Source: Puccinia triticina | Taxonomy: Eukaryota | DNA: 64,000 nucleotides | Direction: 5' to 3' | Assembly (NCBI GenBank): GCA_026914245.1 | Contig: CP110439.1 | Span: 3,782,001-3,846,000 of the forward strand | Shown here: positions 47,960-58,509 of the stretch, piece after piece | Position numbering within the stretch: the stretch's first letter is position 1 | Layout: every line of letters starts with the position of its first letter | Program-made: the position numbers and the translations under genes | The notes under the pieces: model-generated | Told to the model about the DNA's origin: nothing | Database searches by the model: none | What the model saw: only the letters and a program-made list of their open reading frames with translations

Positions 47960-50900
47960 TTTACGACCCATTCTTAATTCAGTAAGTGAAAACATGAAAT
48001 TATAAAGAAATCACGCACACTGCAAGCTCTCCCTTCCTTTTCTGTACCTGATATATGTTCATTTCCAGACTTCCTTTTAGATAGTATCGATAAACATGAA
48101 CTGGATGAACCTGTCCCAAACAGTAAAGTCAATCAACAGCTTGGACTTCTGCTGCAGGGTTCCAACCCGGTTCCTGAATCATGTATCATTATTAGGTTTC
48201 TCCTCTCCCCCTGTAACAAAATCAAGATGGCTTACCATCATATATACATTCTGAGCGCAACGCAAATCAATGCCCACCCCGGCAGCTTGGATTGAGGCCA
48301 AGAGAACATTGCACTGTTTGTGGGTTCGAAACTGTTTGAGGTTTTCATCACGCTTTCTGATGGTCTGGTCCCCAGTGAGCCATGTCAATCTGATACCATT
48401 CTCCTGTAGTGCTCGCTCAATACTATCAGGTTGAATCAGAATCAACACATATATCATTTCCATGATCAAAATGACAAATAACTTACATCCCCAGAAAGCC
48501 AGTGAAACTGGAAAATACCACTGCCTTTGTCCTCTCAATCCCTTGAACCCCACTCAAGAAGATCTTCAGGTTCTCGACTAGGTGGACAATCTTTCCTGAA
48601 TCCTGCCATCGCCATTTTGGTTGATGCTGTATCTCTGACCGTGCAAATAATGGATGGTTGCAAAATTGACGAAGCATTGTCAACTGTCTGAAAAACTCTG
48701 AAGAATCCCATCGTTCCCCCGCAGTTCGTAGCCTCCCAAAAAGCTCAATAAACGTCTGGTGCAGATCTTTTGAAATCTCCTCCCACTCCGAGCTGATTTT
48801 GAAAAGTATAAATTTCTCCACTTTCTCGGGAAGATTCAACAAGACGTCCTTTGTTCTTCTCAAGCAAACAGCATCCATGAGTTGATTTAAGGTCTTGATT
48901 GCCTCTCACACACCCACGTTCATTTGAGGGACCAGACAGCTCCTCCAGATCCACTCTTGGTCCCATGGATGTATTTTCAACAGGGTAATCAAGCTTTGCA
49001 AGTCGGTCCATCGGTTTTGGACAGGTGTTCCTGTCAAGCAAAGAACAAACTGGCACTGAAGATTTTGAATGCTCTGGGTTTGGTTTGTCGCTGCATCCCT
49101 TATCAAGCTATCATCATAAAAATGAATCAGCACCATGTATGCCAATTTTCCAGATCATTCAATTCACTTACTGGGCTTCGTCCAATACTATCCTGAACCA
49201 GAACAGATCTAGAGCTCCAATGTTGTGCTGGTTGGGGTGTTTCTTGTTACCACTTGTTGTGGTATACAAAATGGGAAAAATCAAAAGTTTTCTCTCACTA
49301 GTATATTTCACCCATAGAAGGCCTCAAGATACAACCAAACAGGCCCCTTAATCAGATTCTACAGCCAAATTAACCCCTAGTCACCGCTGAAAGCGTAACT
49401 GGAGCTCCACTGCACTGGAAGTTAGACCCTCCGGAACACCTGTAGCACCCTGTCATTCCCCAATATACACATACATTTCCCTACTCCATGGTATCTCCAC
49501 TGCATATATTAGTTTGCCTTTGTTTGCTATCTGCATTACATCATTCAGCACTGCCCCTGTAGTCTGTGCCATTGTTCTCCACAGTCTAGAACTTTCACCT
49601 CCACTTTTGTTTGGTTTTGTTGCATCACATGCCATTGTTCCCTGCATCATGCATGCACTCCTTGCATAAATTGTACACAGCCCAAGCCAGCAAAAATCCC
49701 TCACTGGGGCTGCCCTGGAGCTAAAATCCCTCACATTTGTCTATATAAGGAGCTCTCTCCCCCCCCCAATTTGGTTCCTCAGTTTATTACTGATCAGTGA
49801 TTCACTCACCACCTTGTACTCTCAACACTTACAACTTACAACTATACTCATAACAACCCTTATATATCAATAACAACTCTTTATACGGTGTCTCGAACAA
49901 ACTCATCTTGAGCATCCACTCCTATCACCTAATTAAAACTTACCAAGCTGAGCTTGGTGAGTCTTGTAGCTGGTAGTATAGAAGGGCAGAGCTTGCAACT
50001 CCTTCATCCCCTTCTCCATTCAGCAAAAGGGTTTCAAAACCACTTTTGAGTCTTACATCGTTCCAATCATTTCGTAAGTTGTCAAAATCAGCATTGTCGA
50101 CTGCAGGTCTTCTCTAGAAAGGCTCTTCCGATTGTCTCCATGGAAAACCTTGTAAGGGATTGCGTGATCTCTGAAATGGAGATCAATTTCGTTTTTCCAA
50201 TTTGAAAGGGTTGCAAGAGGGCAGATGACTAGTGTAGCTGCAGATTGTTTGTTGGGATCAGCTTGTTGGAAACTTCTTCCATTGTTACTTGTTGCCAGAA
50301 TAAACGCAAGGGTTGTCAATGTCTTTCCTAATCCCATATCATCAGCTAGTATTGATCCCTGAGACCTGTTGTCATTCCGTTCCTCCGCGCTAAAATTCGA
50401 ATCTTCTTCAAAGTAACTGCAAAGCCAGGCATTGTCATGGTGGTACCACAAGGATTCTGGCTTGTTGTTCTGAGAATCTTCATTCTTGAGGAGGAATTTT
50501 AGGGCAGATATCTGATGGGGTTTCATGTTTGTCTTGCACTTTTGAAGTGATGTTGAAATCCAAGCAGGTAGTCTGGAGTTGTAGTCTCTAGTGGTTTCAG
50601 ACGTGAAGTGCAGAATTGAAAAGAAAACATCTGGGCTATAGTTCCAGATTGGGCTGAGTTCCACTTCGGCAGCTGCAAAGGCTAGTTGAATTTGAGATAT
50701 GTTTTCGGAGCGACCGAAAACACAGCCCCTCAGCTGAGGCTGTATACAATTCTTCGTCACAAGAAAGGCACGCAACTTGACAAGGGCTACATCATTAGGA
50801 GAGATGTCTTGTTCGTTGGGTGGAGTTGAACAGCTAGAAACTGGCCCTAATAATGGACTGAGATATTCACTCTGCTTTTGACTGAGATCTCCAAAACAAT

Positions 50901-51039
50901 TATGTGGTGCACAGTATATGTGAACTAGGTGTCGGCCTCGTTGAAGAAAAGCTACCTGAGGGACATCACAAGGCAGGGTTACAGTTCTAGTGGAAGTTAA
51001 GGAGATGATAAACTGGCCAAGACAGAAGGTTGAAGACAT
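47960..51039 (-). pseudogene. SWI2/SNF2 ATPase (Rad5/Rad16-like), disrupted by a solo LTR and a stop codon; 3' end approximate
   Basis: GSILADDMGLGKT, TLVICP, LTTYE, WFRIVLDEA, CLTGTPVQN, CLRRTK, LRQFCNHP, VVFSSF, AAGVGIDL, EPGWNPAAE.QAVD*(48129-48131). Confidence 0.9.
49258..50057 (+). mobile_element. Solo LTR (800 bp)
   Basis: TGTGGTAT...TCTTACA ends, 4-bp TSD ttgt/tcgt, and TATA-like ctatataagg. Removing it rejoins EMIGT-SGNKK in the SNF2 frame. Confidence 0.88.
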
Positions 51040-52096
51040 TTTGGCGAAAGGGATGGGTAATTTTCTTTTTTTTTGTGTTGTGAAAATGGGAACTGAGAAA
51101 GATAGGGGGACAGTGTGTTCCTTTTGAAACGTTCTAGCAAGGATCCACTGGGGTTATTACTGGCCATGATTATATCCAAAAATCTAGCCTGAGTTTGTTT
51201 GGCACTAACATTTGGGCTCCTCAGCTCTGAGATTTGGGTTAGGGTGTTGCAAATGGCTACTTGATGACAAGAGCATGCAGGTTGACCTCAACATATCATC
51301 AACATGAGATCATCTCCCCTGTGCCCTTCTTGAATATTCAATCTTTATGTAATCTCACAGGCAAGGATATTGGTAATCATTGTTTGTGCCTTTTAAATTC
51401 TACAGTGTAACATCCAATATGTGTGATATAGTTGTTTTGGATTCATGTCACATTTGCAACTGCAAAATATAACATTTCCCCAAAAGCATACGTACCTCAC
51501 ATGAATGAAACATGCAGTGAAGTTCATCTTGCATACCCATCTAGTTAGTCTCATGGCTCTTTTCATTTTTCAAGTAGCATAACTTTCCAATATAACACAG
51601 CCTTGGAAGAAGTCACATTCATTGTGCCTGTCTGTCACAGTGGAATGGGTTTTGAAGTGAAGCACAGCAATCTTTTTCACCAGGGCAGGTCACAATGAAA
51701 ATCTTTTCTGGAGTTATGATTGAGTTGATCTGGTGTTCCACACAAATTCAACTGGATTTACCGGTCAAATGTAGTTGATTAATGTCTCAATGTATAATCA
51801 GTTGACCTCAATTTACCCACATGAAATCAAAGAGTTCTACATAGAATTGTATTAAATCCCAATAGTTTTATGGCTGACTTGAGACCCAAAACAACCTCAT
51901 TTTTTAACCTTACTGACGCATCAATTGTGAATCACTTCTGAATGAGGTTCAAATCATATCTGAATCACTTATGACCAAGTTCACAATCACGTAGGGATAA
52001 GTTACTATTCCCATCCGGCTGACATCCGACCAAAACTCACATAAAATTCAGCGGTGGCACTCCCTGGGGAGTGGGAACATATCTCCCCTGGTGATG

Positions 52097-52183
52097 TGCT
52101 CTTCAATTCCTAATTGTTTTTCTTCCAGCGTGTCGGTTTCATTTAGATAATAAATTCCAATTCAATATTCTTTTAGATTGTCA
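52097..52183 (+). mobile_element. Probable right part of the Copia 3' LTR
   Basis: Follows the TSD, is AT/pyrimidine-rich and ends ...TTAGATTGTCA. No second LTR is available to confirm it. Confidence 0.45.
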
Positions 52184-52600
52184 TCCCGTTATGATGCCAA
52201 GCACACCCCCATCGCCCGGGCCAAATCAAGACCTGCCGAGCTCTCCTGGATCTGGGCGTATGAGCACCGCGCCCCACGGCCGTCGCCGGCACATCGACAC
52301 CCGCAAACATGGCAGCAAAAGCAAGAAAAACAGGGCATGGTGTGCCTGGGTGGCCAAAGGGCCGCTGGCAGCCAGCGCCCAGGGGGGCAAGAGCGCGCCC
52401 GCCAGCACATGCTCTTTGTGGGCGCGGCCCGGGTCTGGGGGCTGCCCGGGTCCGGCAAGCTGGGCCCCAGAGCAGATGGACATCCGGGCACAATCGCCCA
52501 CTTCTCTCCTTCTCTCAAACACGGGCCCGACAACACGGATCAGATTCTAGGCTATTTTTGTGGTTAGACATCAGTGTGGAAGCCCCGTCGCGGGTTGGGC

Positions 52601-53891
52601 TCAGAGCGAGTCGATCTGGGCGAGGATGAGTTCGAGCTGGTCGGGGTCGAAGGCGATCCAGATCCATTCCTGCTGGTCACGGTTCTCGGGCGGTTGGAGG
52701 TGGGAGGGCGGGGGGGAGGGTGGAGGCGCGGATGATGTGGTGGTCGCGGAACTCGACGAGGAGGGCGTGGAGCTGGGAGAGGGCGGAGACGATGAAGTGG
52801 GAGCGGGCGCGGTCGAAGAGGGCGGGGATGGAGATGGCGAGGGGCGGGGCGGGGAGAGTGGGGTGGTGCGGGGGTAGGCCGGGTTGGAGGTCTGCGGGGA
52901 GGGCGTTGAGGGCTTGGAGCTGGTGCTCGGCGAGCAGCCGGAAGAGCGCCTTGGCCTTCGCGGTCAGCGAGGCGAGCACGTGGAGGGTGGCCTGGACGGT
53001 GGGCGGGCCGGGGGGGAGCAGGTCGGGGACGGCCCTGGCGGGCTGGAGCCCGGTGGGGGGGAGGACTGCGGGCGGGAGGAGGGCGTTGAGGGTGCCGCTG
53101 AGCAGGCTCTCGAGGGTGTAGCCGGTGGGCGTGGGCAGATGGTGGTAGAGGGCGTTGAAGCTGGGCGGGGCCGCTGGCTGGTGCAGGCTGCTGGGTCTGG
53201 CGGCGAGGAGGTGGGTGGGCAGGCGGAGGGGCGCATGGATGTGGTCGAGGGAGGCGAGCAGATGGATGGCGGGCTGGCTGGCGAGCAGGCCGAGGATGGC
53301 CAGGACGGTCGGGTGGCTGAAGTTGGGGGCGTCGAGGTTGTGGAGGAGGATGGCGATGGGCGGGCGCGGCGGGGGGGCGGCGGCGGCGAGGAGGGCGCAG
53401 AGGCGGGCGGCGTGGGCCTCGAGGGCCTCGAGCGAGCGCGGCTTGCTGCTCTGCGGGGGGAGGGGCTCGGCGGGGCGCTGGGCGATGAGGGTGTCGAGCT
53501 CGGCGAGCAGGCCGGCGAGGTCGCAGCCGGGCTGGAAGCCGTTGAGGACGAGGGCCTCCCAGCGGCGGCCGGCGACGAGGTGGTGCTCGAGGAAGCGGTT
53601 GAGGGTGGCGCGCTTGCTGCCGAGGCCGTAGAAGAGCAGCGAGAAGCCCTGGGCGAGCTCGGCGGCCCACTGGGCCCAGTGCTGCTCGGCGCCGGCGAGC
53701 GGCTCGGCGCGGAAGCCGGCGAGGAGGGCGGGCAGCGGCAGGGGCGAGTCCGGGCGGGGGCGGCTCGCGGAGAACAGGCTGGCCGAGCTGGGCGCGGGCC
53801 TGCCGTGGGCGAGGAGGTAGGCGTCGGCGGGGTTCTCGGCGCGCAGGAAGCCCGGGTGTGCCTCGGCTGGCGGCGAGCTGGAGTCTGCCAT
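52601..53891 (-). CDS. ORC2: Origin recognition complex subunit 2 (intronless; apparent 1-nt frameshift at the G7 run 52710-52716)
   Basis: QW..EL..GFSLLFYGLGSKR..LNRF, VLNGF, LLHNLDAP, LLASLDHI.APL and L.EFRDH. A conserved-looking tail EWIWIAFDPDQLELILAQIDSL* lies in the +1 frame ending at 52601. Confidence 0.88.
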
Positions 53892-54055
53892 CGATTGGGT
53901 GTTGAGCTGTTTTTTTTGCGGGGGAGGGTGCTGTGCTGTGCTGTGGTAGTGTGGTGTGGTGTGGGCTTATGTCAGCAGAATCACCACTATGTATGTACTG
54001 AGTCAGCTGCCCTCCTTCCCCCACCCCCACCCCCAGCCCCACCGCACCCCCAGCG

Positions 54056-55417
54056 ATGAACGACCACCCAGCCGAAGACGCCACCAGGCTCAGACAGCTG
54101 CTCCGCAAACTGCTGCCCACCCGCACACGCACACGCACACGCACACGCACACGACACCCCCCCCACCGCTTCTCCGCCCTGCTCGCCTGCCTCTGCCGGC
54201 CGGTCGCCACCCCCGCGCTCTTCGGAACACCGCTCAGCCAGGCCCTGCCCCTCGCCAGCGAACACCTCCACGCCTTCTACGGGCCCATCCGCATCCCCAC
54301 CATCGTCCATGTCTGTGCCCAGCGCCTGCTCTGCAGCCAGGGACTCGCCACCCAGGGCATCTTCAGGATCAACGGAAACCTCAAGCGCATCAACCAACTC
54401 GAACGACTCTTCGCCGACCCCGCCCTCCTCTACGGGAAACTCTTCAACATCGCCGCAACCAGCTCCCAGCTCTTTCCAGCAACACCAACACCAACACCCA
54501 CTCCTACCCCCGAGCTCCCCTACTTCAGCCTCCACGATGTCGCCGGCGTCCTGCGCAGGTATCTGTGGGCCCTGCCAGTTGAGCCTCTCTGCCATGCCCA
54601 TCCTGCCACTCTCCTCGAACTGACCACCCTGCTTAAAAAGGAGCCGTTAGTCCCCCACCAAGCAACGATGGAGATGGTCATCATCTACCGGCGATACACC
54701 AGCCAACAGGGCCCCTCGACGGGCGCGAAAGCCGGCCGGAGCAGCACCATCGCCGGCGCCGGAGTGGTCGAAGAGCTCGAGGGCGTGCTGCGGCGCCAGA
54801 TGGACAGGCGGGCACGCGACCTGCTCCACTACCTGCTCGAGCTCCTCGCACGCTTCTCGCTCCATGCGCCCGACAACCTCATGACCCCCAAGAACCTCGC
54901 CATCGTCTTCCAGCCAGGCATCATGCCTCTGCCCTCCACACTAGACCACCCCCACCACCCCCACCATTCACCAAGAACATCAGGAACAACCGGAGAACAG
55001 CCCTTGCAGGACTATCTCGCTCGCATCGACCGCGTCCAGGAAGTCCTCCGCATCCTCATCGACCATTTCGCACTCCTCTCCACCCTCTTCATCCCCCCGC
55101 CCCCACACCATCTCTCAGCCTCCCCCTCCCCCTCCCCCTCCTCCTCCTCTACCACCTCCTCCCCACGCCTGCCCACGATCCACGACGACTACCGGCTGCT
55201 CCTCCTCCACCCCGACCACGCCTCCCCCTCAACCCCGCCCCACCTGCGCCCCCAGTCCACACTCTCCATCCCCACCCCTCCCTTCATCCACTCCTCACAA
55301 TCTACGCTCATCCTCAACCCCACCAGCCATCTCCCAGCCACCACTCATCATCCCCACCACCATCTCGACCTCTTTAATTCCTTCTCCTTCATCCATTCGC
55401 TCGACGACGGCGGCTAA
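54056..55417 (+). CDS. Rho GTPase-activating protein (RhoGAP domain), intronless
   Basis: LFGTPL, IPTIVHVC, QGIFRINGN (arginine finger), HDVAGVLRRYL..LP.EPL, NLMTPKNLAIVFQP. Confidence 0.92.
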   Translation: MNDHPAEDATRLRQLLRKLLPTRTRTRTRTRTRHPPHRFSALLACLCRPVATPALFGTPLSQALPLASEHLHAFYGPIRIPTIVHVCAQRLLCSQGLATQGIFRINGNLKRINQLERLFADPALLYGKLFNIAATSSQLFPATPTPTPTPTPELPYFSLHDVAGVLRRYLWALPVEPLCHAHPATLLELTTLLKKEPLVPHQATMEMVIIYRRYTSQQGPSTGAKAGRSSTIAGAGVVEELEGVLRRQMDRRARDLLHYLLELLARFSLHAPDNLMTPKNLAIVFQPGIMPLPSTLDHPHHPHHSPRTSGTTGEQPLQDYLARIDRVQEVLRILIDHFALLSTLFIPPPPHHLSASPSPSPSSSSTTSSPRLPTIHDDYRLLLLHPDHASPSTPPHLRPQSTLSIPTPPFIHSSQSTLILNPTSHLPATTHHPHHHLDLFNSFSFIHSLDDGG

Positions 55418-55481
55418 CCCATCCCCCTCCCTACCGAGAACTTCCCCACCCCCTCATTTATCTACTCTCCTCCCCCAAAAT

Positions 55482-55502
55482 AACACACACACACACACAC
55501 AC
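55482..55502. repeat. (CA)n microsatellite in the RhoGAP 3' region
   Basis: acacacacacacacacacac read directly. Confidence 0.9.
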
Positions 55503-58037
55503 TTTTGTTGCCGGACATTCTTACATACATGTATCGCGCCTGTTTTTTGTGGCGGACGGATCACTCTCCTCTGGGTTCTTTGTCCCCTTCGATTGCTTTT
55601 TTCTCCTGGGTTTGGTTGTTATTAGTAAGACAGACACGTGATGTACCGTATTCTATCATAAATATGAATTCTTGGCGGAGAGAATGCGGCCATGGGGTCG
55701 GGGACTGTGGGCCAAGGGGGCACTCGGATATTGGCTAGCCAGTGCGAGAAAAATGTGCTCTGCTGGGCCAGCTGGCATGGAGAGGGGAGAGGCTCAGTGC
55801 TCCTCCAAGCTCGGACAAGTCCGCAACGGCTGTTTGACAGCCTGCTTAGACCTGTGTGTAGCCGGGGCTTCTGGGCATAACTTTCGCATGGATGATCTCA
55901 TAATCATGTGTCGTGTGGGCTTCTAATTTTTCTGCTTTGAGGACATGATGGATCAGCTGACAATCATGGTTTCTTTGGCTTGGGTGTGCCAGATTTCAAG
56001 TCACACCCATCTCTCTTATTGCCATTTAACAGTGTCACTTTGGGTTGTTCGAGGGAGAGTGCATAAACTCAGAGTCAGAGGTTTTCCTAATGCTATCACT
56101 TCTGCTATGTAGTAAAGAGGGGTACAAAAGACCTATGTAAGCTGCCGCATGCTTGTAGATTTTTCTTACGGACTTTCAGGACTCTCATACATTTTTACGC
56201 TCCCTTTGGCACCAATATACAGCCAAACTCAAAAAGATTGCGGGACTGTTAGGCTGAAAATATTTTTTCCATTTCAGCCACAGGCCTGTACAGCATTCAA
56301 AACCTCTTTGGGCGGCTGGGTTGGCTCGACAAGGGTGCCGTGTTGGCCACGGGGCAGGGGAGGGGGGCATGCAGCAAAGGGTCTGATTGAATTAAAATTG
56401 CTCCAGGATTCCAATGGTGCAACCCTTGAGGCCCCAAAGTAAAAAAAGGAAGTAGCAATTTTCTTGTGATCACATTACTGTATGCTGCCTGTCATACAGG
56501 GGCTATACAGCTTTGAGTCAGCAGTCCAAAAGTTGGGCCGACCTGACTGCAAGCTTTTCAAGTTTGGCTGTATTAATCACTGATTAATTCAATAAAAGAT
56601 AAAACACCTAAAACCCAGCATACATTTTTCTCTTGGCAAGGCAAGCCATTTATCTCATTTTATTAGGCCATCTTCAGCACCATCATAGCAACATTACACT
56701 TCATGTTGGTATTATGGTGCTGAAGATAGCTGATTCAGTGCAATCTGATAGCAACAATGAAGATGACAGTAGTGTAGGTTGCCTACAAAATTTTGGATGC
56801 TGTATGTTGAATGTTGTAGATTTTATTGAATCAATCAGCAAATATCTACATTGGGGCCAAACAGGGCCTTAGTTAATTCCCTTGGGCCTCCCTTCTGACA
56901 AAAAAATACCCGTTTAAGATCCACAGACTTCATGGTGGCAAATTTGAGGGGAATAGGGGGGTCCACAATAAGACTTCCTGCTTCCTGCAACACAAAATTT
57001 GGTTGCTTGCAGGTGACTTCCTTGCTTAAAGTTAAGCCTGCAGTTCAAGCAAGAAATCATCCCAAGCAACCTCATAGCAATAATTGCAACTGCTCAACCT
57101 GCTTCCCAGGTATCCTTATCTTGAACCTCCCTAATAAGCTGTGATGAAAAACAGGTTTTAATATTGAAACTAGAAACAAAACTGGATAAAAATGAGATTA
57201 GAATTTAAACAAAAAGACAAAATTTCACGGTCAGAGGAAGAAAGGTTAACCCACCAAGCCTGATTGGCCACCCGCATTGGTGCCAGGTTAGCTCAGGTTA
57301 ACAAACAAAAGGTTTGATTTCAGCTTAGCGGTCACTAAATTTAGCAACCACTAACCTGAAATCAAACCTCTGGTGGGCCAATAGCCCTCATGGGTTTGTC
57401 AACCAGGAAGTTAACCTGGAAAAATGTGTTTGACACTAGTAGGTTAGCTAAACCGGGTTTGCTAACCTCAATTTTAACCAAACCAATGTGAATAGTCTAA
57501 CCTCAAATGTGTATAATTGTTCCCTGTGTGAGGAGTGCTAGTACTGAATTGTCCATTATAAAAACACAAAATGCCCTCCTGCTGAATTCTATACATCATC
57601 TGCTTAATGTATTTTTCTACACCTTGAAATAATAAATTCAAGCCACTTATTCCAATTGGTGAAGCCTAAGGGCTGAATATCACTGCTGATATTGGGGGGG
57701 GGGGGGTATAACTTAAAGAAATTTTAAGTTGGACATAGTTTTTCAACCATGCAATACATAATCCCTCAAATTTTCTCTTTTCTTTGTGATTTTATGTGCC
57801 CTCAAGCTAACAGAACTGGCTATCTGCAAAAAAGGAGTGTTTTGTGCCTCCAAAAGTGAAACCATCCTGAGCATACACCCAGAACATGTGGGAGAAAGGT
57901 ATGAAATTGATAAAAATCCATGTTTTTAGCCACCCACATACACAAGGGCTTTCCCGAGCCTGGCCTGGCCGGAGGAGAGTTTAACTTTCATTGGTAGAGG
58001 TGTAAACGGGAGTCTTGGGGATCTTGGTGCCCATGTG

Positions 58038-58509
58038 CAACACTGGGTCGCTACGCTACGCTATTTCAGCGCTACGCGTTAGCGTAGCGGCAAAAAGCGC
58101 CCATCTATCTTGCATAGCGTTAGCGCGCTGTTAGCGCCGCTACGCTGCGCTGATTTTCAGCGGCGCTAACAGCGCGCCAATTCTTTGTTAGCGTTAGCGC
58201 GCCGCTACAGTCGCTACGCTACGCTGCGCTGCGCTACAGCGCTTTTAGCGGAAAAAAAGCCCTTTTTTCCCGCTAAAGGCGCTGTAGCGCAGCGTAGCGC
58301 GCGCTCTTTTGCGCCCTACATGTTTAGCGTTAGCGCAATTGCGCGCATCTGCGCTAACGCTACGCTATCAGCTAAAATAGCTGCGCACCGCGTGCGCGTA
58401 GCGTTAGCGCATATGCGTGCAATTGCGCTAACGCTACGCTAAAAAATAGCGCATTTGCGCTGCGCTACGCTACGCTAACCGCTATGGTTAGCGTAGCGAC
58501 CCAGTGTTG
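58038..58509. mobile_element. MITE with CAACACTG termini, 7-bp TSD and (TAGCG/CGCTA)n internal arrays
   Basis: TIR CAACACTGGGTCGCTACGCTA / TAGCGTAGCGACCCAGTGTTG, and TSD CCATGTG at 58031-58037 and 58510-58516. Confidence 0.88.

Larger units (their letters stand above)
20755..52093. mobile_element. Giant (31,339 bp) CACTA/CMC-like DNA transposon with cargo genes
   Basis: Perfect 40-bp TIR CACCAGGGGAGATATGTTCCCACTCCCCAGGGAGTGCCAC at 20755-20794 and 52054-52093, 3-bp TSD ATG (20752-20754 / 52094-52096), and an internal Transposase_21-type gene. Confidence 0.92.

Noticed and set aside
52190..52545. GC-rich GCCCGG-repeat stretch with several short ORFs
   Set aside because: Probably a MITE remnant, but I found no convincing TIR or TSD and the ORFs have no motifs.
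52564..54601. Long overlapping ORFs (548, 391, 208, 204 aa)
   Set aside because: Alternative-frame or antisense shadows of the GC-rich ORC2 and RhoGAP genes, with low-complexity Arg/Pro/Gly translations.
57240..57505. GGTTAG/CTAACC-rich segment (telomere-like or MITE)
   Set aside because: Not a tandem TTAGGG array, and too degenerate to define ends.
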